Below are positions 27,818 to 36,391 of a stretch of 64,000 nt of DNA, piece by piece; position 1 is the first letter of the stretch, and every line of letters starts with the position of its first letter. Origin of the DNA: Polyangiaceae bacterium (GTDB taxonomy: Bacteria; Myxococcota_A; Polyangia; Polyangiales; Polyangiaceae); assembly GCA_035063585.1 (NCBI GenBank), contig JAPSGB010000027.1:1-64000 (forward strand), read 5' to 3'. Position numbers and translations under genes: made by a program. A model generated the notes under the pieces. It saw only the letters and a program-made list of their open reading frames with translations. It was not told the origin of the DNA and did not search any database.

Positions 27818-29251
27818 CTACTCGAAGCGTCGCACCTGAATGCTGGTGGTGGTGACGTCCTCGCCGACGACCACGTCCGAGACCACCACCACGAAATCCC
27901 CGGGGAGGAGCCGGTTGCGCTGGCGCAGCCGCGCGAAGGCCTCGTTCACGGTCGCCTCCGGCTCGTGGTGGAGATCGATCACGAACGGCACCACCGAGCG
28001 CAAGAGCCAGAGCTTGCGGCGCGCGCTGCTCATGTTCGTGAACGCGTAGATCATCGCGTCACGTGGCCGGAAGCTCGACACGAGCTGCGCGAGGAGCCCT
28101 CGGCGTGTGATGACGACGATGGCGCGCGCGCCCATCGAGTCCGCGAGCCGACAGGCTGCGCGCGCGAGCTCGGCGGACTGACCGTCCGGGTGACGCGCCA
28201 AGTGGAAGTCCAAGCCCGGCTCCTTCTCGATGCGGCGGATGATGCTGTCGAGCACCTGCACGCAGCGGACGGGGTGTTGCCCGGCCGCAGTCTCGCCGCT
28301 CAGCATGAGCGCGTCGGCCTCTTCGTAGACTGCGTTCGCGACGTCGGTGACCTCGGCGCGGGTCGGCGTCGGCGCGTGGATCATCGATTCGAGGAGATGA
28401 GTCGCTACGATGACCGGCTTACCGGCGATCGCGCATGCGCGGACGATGCGGCGCTGAATCACCGGGAGCTCCCGGAGGTCGACCTCGACGCCGAGATCTC
28501 CGCGCGCGACCATGATGCCGTCGCTGACGGCAAGAATGGCGGGAAAATTATCGACGCCCTCCTGGTTCTCGATCTTGGCGATGAGCTGGGTCCGCGTATG
28601 CGCCGCCTCGATCATCTCTCGCGCCTCGAGCACGTCCCTCGGTGAGCGGACGAAGGAGAGCGCGATGAAGTCCACCTCGTGGTCGATGCCAAACTGGATG
28701 TCTCGCTTGTCCTTCTCGGTGATGCTGGGCAGGTTCACCCGGATCCCGGGGAGGTTTACGTGCCGCCGCGATCCGATGGTGCCGCCGTCGATCACCTTGC
28801 AGGTGAGCTTCTTGGCGTGAATCACCAGCACCTCGAGGTTGATGAGCCCGTTGTCGACCGTGACGCGATCGCCGGCCCGGAGATCGTTGACGAGATCCTC
28901 GTAGTTGACGTGGACGCTCTTCTCCTCCGGGTCGTCGACCGGGCTCACCGTGAGCGACACCGTGTCTCCGACCTCGAGCGCCAGCCCCTCGCTCACCACG
29001 CCGGTCCTGATTTCGGGGCCTTGGAGATCGAGCAGCACCGAGATCGGGTGATTCAACCGCTTGTTGAGCCCCTTGATCTGCCGGAGCACCTGGAGATGCG
29101 AGGCTTGATCGCCGTGCGAGAAGTTCAGTCGCGCGACGTTCATGCCCGCCTTGGCGAGCTGTTCGATCACGTCGTGGTCGCTGCTCGATGGCCCGAGCGT
29201 GCACACGATCTTGGAATGGCGAAAATCGCGTCTCGAGAGCGCCTGGCTCAT
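27818..29251 (-). CDS. pyk: pyruvate kinase
   Basis: KIVCTLGP, RLNFSHG, DLQGPEIRTG, AKIE, MVARGDLGVE, PTRAEVTDVANA, MLSGETA. Confidence 0.97.
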   Translation of the reverse strand: MSQALSRRDFRHSKIVCTLGPSSSDHDVIEQLAKAGMNVARLNFSHGDQASHLQVLRQIKGLNKRLNHPISVLLDLQGPEIRTGVVSEGLALEVGDTVSLTVSPVDDPEEKSVHVNYEDLVNDLRAGDRVTVDNGLINLEVLVIHAKKLTCKVIDGGTIGSRRHVNLPGIRVNLPSITEKDKRDIQFGIDHEVDFIALSFVRSPRDVLEAREMIEAAHTRTQLIAKIENQEGVDNFPAILAVSDGIMVARGDLGVEVDLRELPVIQRRIVRACAIAGKPVIVATHLLESMIHAPTPTRAEVTDVANAVYEEADALMLSGETAAGQHPVRCVQVLDSIIRRIEKEPGLDFHLARHPDGQSAELARAACRLADSMGARAIVVITRRGLLAQLVSSFRPRDAMIYAFTNMSSARRKLWLLRSVVPFVIDLHHEPEATVNEAFARLRQRNRLLPGDFVVVVSDVVVGEDVTTTSIQVRRFE

Positions 29252-29275
29252 GCTCGACTCTACCACGACGCCCCT

Positions 29276-29312
29276 CGACGACGCGCTCCGCGCCGCCGCG
29301 CTCGCGTCGTCG
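29276..29312 (-). terminator. possible hairpin downstream of tolB
   Basis: 10-bp inverted repeat CGACGACGCG...CGCGTCGTCG; no U-tract. Confidence 0.3.
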
Positions 29313-29335
29313 CGGTGACCGCCCGCGCCTGACGG

Positions 29336-30652
29336 CTACGGGCTCGCGCTCGCGGGGGGCGGCGGGAGCTCCGCCCAGCGCAGGCTCTCGCCCGTCTGGC
29401 TGCTGAGCTTCTGGGTCTTCCAGCGCTTCAGGGACATGAAGTAGAGGCCGCCGCCGCTCCGTGTCGAGAAGAACGCGAGCATGCGCCCGTCCGGGCTGCA
29501 GGCAGGATACGAGTTCGAGCCCTGGTTCTGCGTGAGTCGGGCGATACCCTGGCCGTTCTCGCTACTCATCACCAGATCCTGGCGATTGCCGCCGACGCTG
29601 ACCGCGTAGACGAGGCGGATGCCGTCGTCCGTGCCGCAGAAGGTCGGCGCGGCCGCCGTGAACCCCATGGGCGACACGGCCTTGCCGTCGACGTAGACAC
29701 GCTGGGTGCCGTTCGTAGCCCCGCCGATCCAAGCGAGCTTCCCCGAGGGACTATATACCGGGTGCGTCGCGAGCGGTGTCGTCGAGACCTTTCGCATCCC
29801 CGAGCCATCCGGGCTACCTTCATAGATGCCGGTGGTGGCGTCCTCCGCCACCGCGAGCGCCATCTTGGTCCGATCCTTGTTGAACGAGACGCCGTAAACG
29901 GAAGTCCGGAACGGGATCCTTACCGCCGCTGGCTCCGCGCCCCGCGCGAGGTGATAGAGCCGGAAGGGCGAGTATCGGACGCTCGCGGTGTAGAAGACCT
30001 CCGCGTTCGGTCCCCACGCCGGCGCGATGGCGGTCACGTCCTCCGAGGTGACCGGTCGCAGGTCGTTTCCGTCCGAGTCCATGGTGAAGATTCTGCGGCT
30101 CTTCCCCCACTTGCCGCTGTAGGTGAAGTGGCTCGCGAAACCGCCAGGGCGCCCGGTAATGGCGCCGAGCAGCGCGTCCACCACGCGGTGCGCGGTGATG
30201 CGGACCTCCGGCTCGTCCACCAGGAGCTTCTTCTCGTAGACGGGGTCCTTCCCGACATCGAGGAAGTAGGCGAGCCCGAACACCTCGATCTTCCCGCTGT
30301 CGGTCTTTCGCGCCGCGACCTTCACGATCACCTCGGCGCCGACCTTTCGCCACGCGCTCACGTCCACCGCGTCGTTGAAACCGTAGAGCCCGGGTGGCGC
30401 CTTCTCATCCGGTAGAACGTTGAATAGCCCGGTGAGCTCCAGGTCGCGGCGCGCGACCCCGCGCACGATGACGTCCTCGAGCTCCGGTGACAGCGAAGGT
30501 AGGACGGCGAGCGTGGTGACGTGTTCCTGAGCCGTGCCGGTGATGGGGAGCGTGCCGAGCACGCTCTCGTCGGCGGGCGGCGCGGGTTGCGCGACGGCCG
30601 CGCGCGCAGAGAGCGCGATCGCGACCACGCCAAGGCCAAGAGTCACTCGCAT
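29336..30652 (-). CDS. tolB: TolB-like periplasmic protein
   Basis: Signal peptide; TolB_N-like RDLELTGLF, AHRVVD...ITG..G.F; PD40 repeats (PAW, PVYSPSG, PACSPDG). Confidence 0.85.
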   Translation of the reverse strand: MRVTLGLGVVAIALSARAAVAQPAPPADESVLGTLPITGTAQEHVTTLAVLPSLSPELEDVIVRGVARRDLELTGLFNVLPDEKAPPGLYGFNDAVDVSAWRKVGAEVIVKVAARKTDSGKIEVFGLAYFLDVGKDPVYEKKLLVDEPEVRITAHRVVDALLGAITGRPGGFASHFTYSGKWGKSRRIFTMDSDGNDLRPVTSEDVTAIAPAWGPNAEVFYTASVRYSPFRLYHLARGAEPAAVRIPFRTSVYGVSFNKDRTKMALAVAEDATTGIYEGSPDGSGMRKVSTTPLATHPVYSPSGKLAWIGGATNGTQRVYVDGKAVSPMGFTAAAPTFCGTDDGIRLVYAVSVGGNRQDLVMSSENGQGIARLTQNQGSNSYPACSPDGRMLAFFSTRSGGGLYFMSLKRWKTQKLSSQTGESLRWAELPPPPASASP

Positions 30653-31455
30653 TTCTGCCCTTTCTTCGTGAAGTGGAGGTTCAGAGCGGGCGGCAGCACG
30701 TCTGGATAGAGTGGCGGCGGCGGCGGCACCTGCTGTCCCTTCGCCGAGTCCATCGCGCTCCGGACCGCGGCGTCGAACACCGCGTTGCCGCTCGCGGCGC
30801 CCATCGTATAGCCGGCGACCGTGCCGTCGGGCCCGAGCGTCGCGGTGACGCTGCTGCCGAGCGTCTCCAACTCCGCGCACGGGATCGCGCCCTTTGCCAA
30901 GTGGAAGCGCGCGTTGAACCAGCCGATGAGCCGCATCCGATACTGGCTGACCGCGCGGGCCTTCAGCGGATCCGTCTCGGTACCCTCGACCACGCCGCCG
31001 GCCGCGCCGGGACCCTCCACCGTGGCGGCCTCCGCGCCGGCCTCGACCTGCGTGAGATCGGGATCCACCTTGGCCACGATCTCAGCGTCGGGCGGCGGCG
31101 CCTCCGCGTCGCCCGTCGCCACGGGTGAGGTTGGGATGGCGTCCGGTGTCTTCTTCGCCTCGGGCGACGGGGCGCTCTTCGCCTCGTACTGCTGAACCGG
31201 CGCCTGCTTCTGCCACATGTCGGGCAGCTTCGCGTGCACCCGTTTGCCGCCGAGCTTCAGGAGCGGCAAGTCATCGACCACGGGCTTGACGGCGATGGGG
31301 ACCTCGACCGGTACGACGTCCTTCATCGCCTGGATCTTCATCGCCGGGCTTCCGCCGGCCGCGAGCGCCACGAACAGGCCCGCCTCGATGATCGCGGCGC
31401 CGACCACCGCGAGCCCGATATCGACTCGAGAGAAGCTCGCCGCCCGATCGTTCAT
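30643..31455 (-). CDS. tolA: TolA/TonB-type energy transducer (TonB_2 C-terminal domain)
   Basis: N-terminal TM helix, Pro/Ala-rich stalk, ASGNAVFDAAVRSA; lies between tolR and tolB. Confidence 0.75.
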   Translation of the reverse strand: MNDRAASFSRVDIGLAVVGAAIIEAGLFVALAAGGSPAMKIQAMKDVVPVEVPIAVKPVVDDLPLLKLGGKRVHAKLPDMWQKQAPVQQYEAKSAPSPEAKKTPDAIPTSPVATGDAEAPPPDAEIVAKVDPDLTQVEAGAEAATVEGPGAAGGVVEGTETDPLKARAVSQYRMRLIGWFNARFHLAKGAIPCAELETLGSSVTATLGPDGTVAGYTMGAASGNAVFDAAVRSAMDSAKGQQVPPPPPLYPDVLPPALNLHFTKKGQKCE

Positions 31456-31925
31456 GGGGGTTGGTTCGGCGCGGAACCGGGCTTGCGCGCCTCGTCGGCG
31501 AGCTCCTCGATGACCGGCTGGACGAGGAGGTTGAGCGAATCGACACCGCTCGAGCGCGCGGCGGCGACCACGCGCGCGACGACTCCGTAATGCGCGTCCT
31601 TGTCGGCGCGAATGTAGAGCTCGCGCTCCTTCTGCACACGCGCGTTGTCGCGGAGCGCCTGCTCCACATTGTCGGTGACGTCGTCGTCACCGAAGAGGAT
31701 CCGCTCGTCCTTGGTGACGGTCACCAGCAAGCGAGCGTCCTTGACCGGCGTGTTCGCTGCCTTCACGTCGGGCAGGCTGATCTTGAGCCCGGTCGTCAAG
31801 AGCGGAGCCGTCACCATGAACACGACCAAGAGCACCAGCATCACGTCCACGAGCGGCGTGATGTTGATGTCGCGGAATCCTCCCCCGCGCCGGCCGCGCC
31901 CTCCGCCTCCGAGCCGCATCGCCAT
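31452..31925 (-). CDS. tolR: TolR/ExbD family protein
   Basis: INITPLVDVMLVLLVVFMVTAP, YIRADK. Confidence 0.92.
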   Translation of the reverse strand: MAMRLGGGGRGRRGGGFRDINITPLVDVMLVLLVVFMVTAPLLTTGLKISLPDVKAANTPVKDARLLVTVTKDERILFGDDDVTDNVEQALRDNARVQKERELYIRADKDAHYGVVARVVAAARSSGVDSLNLLVQPVIEELADEARKPGSAPNQPP

Positions 31926-31940
31926 GGGCCGAGCCTCGCG

Positions 31941-32678
31941 TCAGTACCCCGCGCCCATGGGCGGGGGACGGTTGGACTCGCGAACCAGTGGAACCGCCGA
32001 GGAGGGGCCCGCTGGCTCCGCTGCCAGCGTCTCCGCCCATACCTCGCTCGAGGCCTGCAGTTCGTCGAGCAGATCGCCGATCCGGCGGTCTACGTAGTTG
32101 AAGCCGATGGTCGCCGGGATCGCCGCGATCAGGCCGAACGCGGTGGCAATGAGGGCCTCGCCAATCGCGGGCGCGACCACCGGGAGCGAGGCGCTCTTCT
32201 CGACGCCGATCTTGATGAAGGCGTTCATGATCCCCCACACCGTACCGAAGAGCCCGATGAAGGGGGACGCCGAGGCGATGCTCGAGAGCGTCGGCATCAA
32301 GGTCGAGGCGCGCTGCTGCTCGGAGGCGATCGCACGCTTCGACACCGCGATGAGGAGATCGGCGTTCAGGTTCCGCTGATGGTGTCGCTTGGCGAGCTCG
32401 ACGAGCACCCGCCCGCCCGGCGAGTCGCGGTGCTTGAGCGCCAACGAGATGAGCTCGGAGGCGCCCTCGGCCCCGCTGGCCTCCCGCTCGAAGCGGTGCT
32501 GGGCCGCACGCATCCGACGGAGTTGCAGCGATTTCAGGAACCAGATCAGCCACACCGCGATGGATGCGACGACCAGGACGAGCAGCACCAACTGCACGAT
32601 CCCGGAGCTACCGAGCGCGAGGCGGAGCGGGCTGACTGGCTCGTCGTGGACCTGTGCGCTTTGCGGGTCGACCAGCAT
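31941..32678 (-). CDS. tolQ: TolQ/ExbB/MotA proton channel
   Basis: SPFIGLFGTVWGIM, VAPAIGEALIATA.GL..AIPA. Confidence 0.93.
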   Translation of the reverse strand: MLVDPQSAQVHDEPVSPLRLALGSSGIVQLVLLVLVVASIAVWLIWFLKSLQLRRMRAAQHRFEREASGAEGASELISLALKHRDSPGGRVLVELAKRHHQRNLNADLLIAVSKRAIASEQQRASTLMPTLSSIASASPFIGLFGTVWGIMNAFIKIGVEKSASLPVVAPAIGEALIATAFGLIAAIPATIGFNYVDRRIGDLLDELQASSEVWAETLAAEPAGPSSAVPLVRESNRPPPMGAGY

Positions 32679-32718
32679 GGGGTGAGCGTATAGCGCGAAG
32701 GTCGCGGAAAGTCAGAGT

Positions 32719-33264
32719 TCAGTCGGCGAGGTTCACATCGACTCGGCGATCCCTCGCCCAGCTTGCCTCGTCCGTCCCGGTCGCGTCCATCGCGCCGCGG
32801 GAGGTGGTCTGCATGCGCTCGGCGGCCAGGCCTTCCGCGCCGATGTACTTCTTGACGTTGTCCGCGCGCTGCTGGCCGAGCACCATGTTGTACTCTGACT
32901 CGCCACGCGGATCGGCGTGACCGACCAGCGCCATGGTTCTTCCCTTGAGGGCACCATCGTTGAAGCACTTGGCTAGCGCGCCGAGCACCTTGCGGTCCTG
33001 CGGCCGGATGCGCGCCGAGTCGAACGCGAAGAAGGCGTCTGCATCGGTGAGCCCGCAGGCCTTCTTGATCTCGTCCGAGATGTTGATCTGCGACTGACTC
33101 GGGTCGTCACCGGCCTTCTTCCCCTCGTCTGCCGAAGGCGAAGGGGTCGCGGTGGGCGCCTCGGTGCCGCCGGTCGGCGCAGCCGGGGGCTTCTTCTCGT
33201 CACCGCCGCAAGCCACCCCGAGCGTCGACACGAGCGCGAGCACAAGCAAACTTCGGGTCTTCAT
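32719..33264 (-). CDS. pal: peptidoglycan-associated lipoprotein (OmpA-like)
   Basis: Lipobox GVAC, F.FDS, GHADPRGESEYNMVLGQQRA, RDRRV; GGAG RBS. Confidence 0.88.
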   Translation of the reverse strand: MKTRSLLVLALVSTLGVACGGDEKKPPAAPTGGTEAPTATPSPSADEGKKAGDDPSQSQINISDEIKKACGLTDADAFFAFDSARIRPQDRKVLGALAKCFNDGALKGRTMALVGHADPRGESEYNMVLGQQRADNVKKYIGAEGLAAERMQTTSRGAMDATGTDEASWARDRRVDVNLAD

Positions 33265-33422
33265 TGAATCACTCTCCACTTGGTTATGGCGGCGGGCGCC
33301 CCATCATGAACGGTCGGCTCGAAACTCCCGCGAGCGCGTGGGGACTACACCAAGATGGACGCACGGGCCATCTCTCGGCTCATCCCACCCATCAAACCAA
33401 CCTCAAACCCAAACGAGCGCAC

Positions 33423-33438
33423 AGCAAGAGACATTCCG
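33423..33438 (-). promoter_or_regulatory. possible sigma54 (-24/-12) promoter of pal
   Basis: Minus strand CGGAATGTCTCTTGCT = GG-N10-GC with TTGC. Confidence 0.35.
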
Positions 33439-33513
33439 GCTGCGCGCTCGCCGGTGGTGATCCCGGGCCCCTTCACGGAGATCGTTCCGCTCCGACTGTA
33501 CAGGCGTCGGCGC

Positions 33514-33846
33514 CTAGGGTGATCGGTAAGCGTAGAGCAGCAGGCCGAACGTCGCGAGGATGAAGAAGACGAGGAGAACTACGCTGGTCGTGCGCTTCGG
33601 AGCGGGTGAAGGGGCGCTCCGTGACGCCTCTAGCTGCAGGATGGCGAGCGCGGTGATCGCTCCGAGTCGCCGGCCCGCCTCCTCTGCGCGGTCGCGGTCT
33701 CCGGTCATCCCACGGTAGCGTGTCGCCGCCTCCGGCAGCGCCCCGGCGCGCTGGCAATGCTCGAGAAACGCGGCGTGCGCCTGGCCCTGGTCCCAGTGGT
33801 CGAGGACGTGCTTCCAGAGGGCCTCGAGCGCTTCGTCGGCCATCAT
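33514..33846 (-). CDS. hypothetical protein with C-terminal TM helix
   Basis: MMADEALEALW..; start overlaps the upstream stop; hydrophobic C-terminus. Confidence 0.7.
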   Translation of the reverse strand: MMADEALEALWKHVLDHWDQGQAHAAFLEHCQRAGALPEAATRYRGMTGDRDRAEEAGRRLGAITALAILQLEASRSAPSPAPKRTTSVVLLVFFILATFGLLLYAYRSP

Positions 33847-34271
33847 CCGATGCGAAGCTCGCGCGCCAGCCGGCGCGTGAGCACGAAGTACGACTCGCGA
33901 TCGTAGGGCTGATTCAGGATGTGAAAATCCCTGCCAGCCAGCCCGACGCAGCCGAAGCAGTAGCTGCAGTCGACGAGCGCAACCGAGCGGGTCACATACG
34001 AGCAAGCCGAGCAACTCTCACACTCGACGCAATGCTGGCACCGAAGCAGCCCGCGCGAGTCGCGGCAGTGCGAACAATCGGTGCATGAAGTCGAGCGGAC
34101 GCAGTAGTGGCAGCGCACGAGCCGCTCGGAGTCCCGGCAGAAGGTGCACCCGATGCACGCGCGGCACCCCACGCACTCGACGCATCGTTCGTTCTCTGCG
34201 GTCTCCGCCGCCGCGGCGAGCAGCGCGTGGTAGCGAGCCTCGAACTCGCGCAGCGTGAGCTCGTCCTTCAT
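33843..34271 (-). CDS. Cys-rich CxxCxxC repeat protein
   Basis: 19 Cys in 3-residue periodicity; CFGCVGL...FHILNQPY C-terminal motif. Confidence 0.8.
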   Translation of the reverse strand: MKDELTLREFEARYHALLAAAAETAENERCVECVGCRACIGCTFCRDSERLVRCHYCVRSTSCTDCSHCRDSRGLLRCQHCVECESCSACSYVTRSVALVDCSYCFGCVGLAGRDFHILNQPYDRESYFVLTRRLARELRIG

Positions 34272-34278
34272 CGGAGGG

Positions 34279-34890
34279 TCAAGTCCGCAGCGAGCGTCGT
34301 AAGGCCGCGGCCGCTTCCCGCGTCGACGCGTCTTCTGCGTACTCCTCGAGGCGTCGCAGACGCTGCTCGAGCACGGGGCGCTTCAGTGGAGGTGCCCCGC
34401 CGAGCAGCCGAGTCAAGACGTCGACCGCTCCCCGCGCGACGTCCTCGTCGAAGTGCTCGAGGAGCTGGAGTTGCACTACCTGCTCTTCCGGAAAGTCGAA
34501 CCCAGCGGCGCGAAGCTCGGTCGCGGCGCGTGAGATCGCTCCGCGGCCATCGGAGGCCATCAGGCGATCGAGCAGCCGCTGTCGCTCCTTCACCTGCCCG
34601 CCGCCCGGATCGGTTGGCAGCGCCACGATGCGCGCGCTGCGGCGCTGGGGCCGCGGCTCCGGAGACGGCTCTTCGGCTCGCTCCACCGGCGCGCCGGCGC
34701 CCTCCGCGGTGGAAAGCCCCTCCACCAAGCTGGCCGTCGCTCCGGCTTCGCGCTCGGGGCTCCGGGCCGAGAGCGCAGCGCTGGGGCGCCGTGCGGCGAT
34801 CAGCACGAGCTCCGGGGTCGCCCGAGCCGCGGGGCGCGCCTTGCGTCTCCGCCGCCGACCACCGTCGGACCGTTGGCGTTGTCCATCCAT
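34279..34890 (-). CDS. hypothetical protein (disordered N-terminus, HEAT-like C-terminus)
   Basis: Start re-assigned to MDGQRQR; GGAG upstream; helical C-terminus QLLEHFDE..RLRRLEE. Confidence 0.65.
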   Translation of the reverse strand: MDGQRQRSDGGRRRRRKARPAARATPELVLIAARRPSAALSARSPEREAGATASLVEGLSTAEGAGAPVERAEEPSPEPRPQRRSARIVALPTDPGGGQVKERQRLLDRLMASDGRGAISRAATELRAAGFDFPEEQVVQLQLLEHFDEDVARGAVDVLTRLLGGAPPLKRPVLEQRLRRLEEYAEDASTREAAAALRRSLRT

Positions 34891-35161
34891 GGGTGATGCT
34901 CCTCGCGTTCGGGGGGCCGGGTTGGTCGTAAGCAGAGGGCGCTCGGGCGCTCGCGCATCGACCGCCGGGCTCGGAACACGCCCGGCGACGCCGACGCGCT
35001 CAGGCCGCCCGATTTCCCACCGGATCCCACTACGCCTAGCACACGCGCTCGCAAGCGCCGAGCAAATTTTCATTCTCCCCGGACCGCGCGCGGGACCGTC
35101 CGGTGGCGGGCCGCGAAGCATGATTCGCGGCCCGCCACGCTTCGTGGGAGGGTCTCGCCCC

Positions 35162-35809
35162 ATGCGGAGAGCGCCCCTCTCACTTTGTCTGCTCGGGATC
35201 GCGGTGTGCGCCGCGGGTTGTGCGCCGCGGGCCTCCGGCGCGCCCTCGGCAGCAAGCGTCCACCAGCCGCCGAGCTCGAACCCGAATGCGGCGGCACCGG
35301 TCGCCTTCGCGGAGCGCGATTGGGGAGAGGTGAGCTCGGCGCGCTTCATGCTGGCGGTCTCCCTTCCCGAGCGCCGCGCTTGGAGCGTCGATGACGCGAG
35401 CGCTCCGTGGCTCACGATGCAGCACGACGCGAGCGCTTCGCAGCTCCTCGTCCGCACCTGGGCCGCGCCTCGGCTCGTGCGCCCCGCCGAGTGCGAGCAG
35501 CAAGCGCGCCTCTGGCGTCGCGACTTGCCGGTTCCCGCGTCGGACGAGCTCGTCGATCGAGAGCTCCTCGCCGTGCCGAACGGTTTTCGGACCGAAGTCC
35601 TGGTCGGTGTGAGCCGCCGTGGGGCGGAGCTCGAGGGATACGTGCTCGCCTTTGGAGCGAGCGTGAGTCGATGCTACGCTCTGGTGTTCACGACCTCGGC
35701 GTCAGGGCCGAGCGCCGAGCGCGTGCTTGGACGACGGCTCGCGACCGTCAACGACGGCGTGCTGCCGCGCGTGCGCTCGCTTGGCGTCGAGGATCGCGTT
35801 CGCCCCTGA
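35162..35809 (+). CDS. hypothetical lipoprotein
   Basis: MRRAPLSLCLLGIAVCAAGC lipobox. Confidence 0.65.
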   Translation: MRRAPLSLCLLGIAVCAAGCAPRASGAPSAASVHQPPSSNPNAAAPVAFAERDWGEVSSARFMLAVSLPERRAWSVDDASAPWLTMQHDASASQLLVRTWAAPRLVRPAECEQQARLWRRDLPVPASDELVDRELLAVPNGFRTEVLVGVSRRGAELEGYVLAFGASVSRCYALVFTTSASGPSAERVLGRRLATVNDGVLPRVRSLGVEDRVRP

Positions 35810-35898
35810 GGCGCTCCCCGGCCCGCTCGCCCGCTGAGAGCGGGCCCCGTCTCGATTCCGAGCGATTGCTGGGGGGGCACCGTGCACGTCCTCGAATT

Positions 35899-35912
35899 TG
35901 AGTCCAGACTCA
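35899..35912. promoter_or_regulatory. palindromic operator candidate upstream of the XRE regulator
   Basis: TGAGTC-CA-GACTCA perfect inverted repeat in an AT-richer intergenic region. Confidence 0.45.
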
Positions 35913-36000
35913 CGATCCTGATGACAAGATTTCCAGGTTCACCTACATATCGGGTACCGGGGCGACGGAGTCGGGCCGGTCGACCTCCGATGGGTGACTC

Positions 36001-36378
36001 TTGAATGACGTCGCGATGAGGCTTGCGGAGCGAGTGCGGCAGCTTCGCACTCAGCTCGGTATGACGCAGGCCGAGCTCGCGTCGCGCGCCGGCGTTACCG
36101 TCGAGACGGTCGCGCGGATCGAGCGCGTGCTGCGGGGCCGGTCGTCGGCCAACGCCAACCCGTCTCTCGAGACGCTCGCGCGGCTGAGTGACGCGCTCGG
36201 CGTGGAGCTCGCCGAGCTCCTCGTGTCTCCCGCGAAGCCCGCGGCTCGGGAGGACCGCCTGGCACGGGTCCTGCGCGGAGCGAGCCCCGCGACGTCTCGG
36301 CGCGTGATTCGCGTCGCGGAAGCGCTGGTCCGTGACGACCGCTCGACGCGCAGCGGCTCGAAGCCGCGAAGAGGCTGA
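36001..36378 (+). CDS. XRE/Cro-C1 family HTH transcriptional regulator
   Basis: LRTQLGMTQAELASRAGVTVETVARIE, NPSLETL..L..AL. Confidence 0.9.
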   Translation: MNDVAMRLAERVRQLRTQLGMTQAELASRAGVTVETVARIERVLRGRSSANANPSLETLARLSDALGVELAELLVSPAKPAAREDRLARVLRGASPATSRRVIRVAEALVRDDRSTRSGSKPRRG

Positions 36379-36391
36379 GCCCGAGCCTCGC

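Noticed and set aside
29336..32678. Agl/Glt gliding-motility motor
   Set aside because: Adjacent TolB-like and Pal genes fit Tol-Pal better; no Glt-type genes are recognisable.
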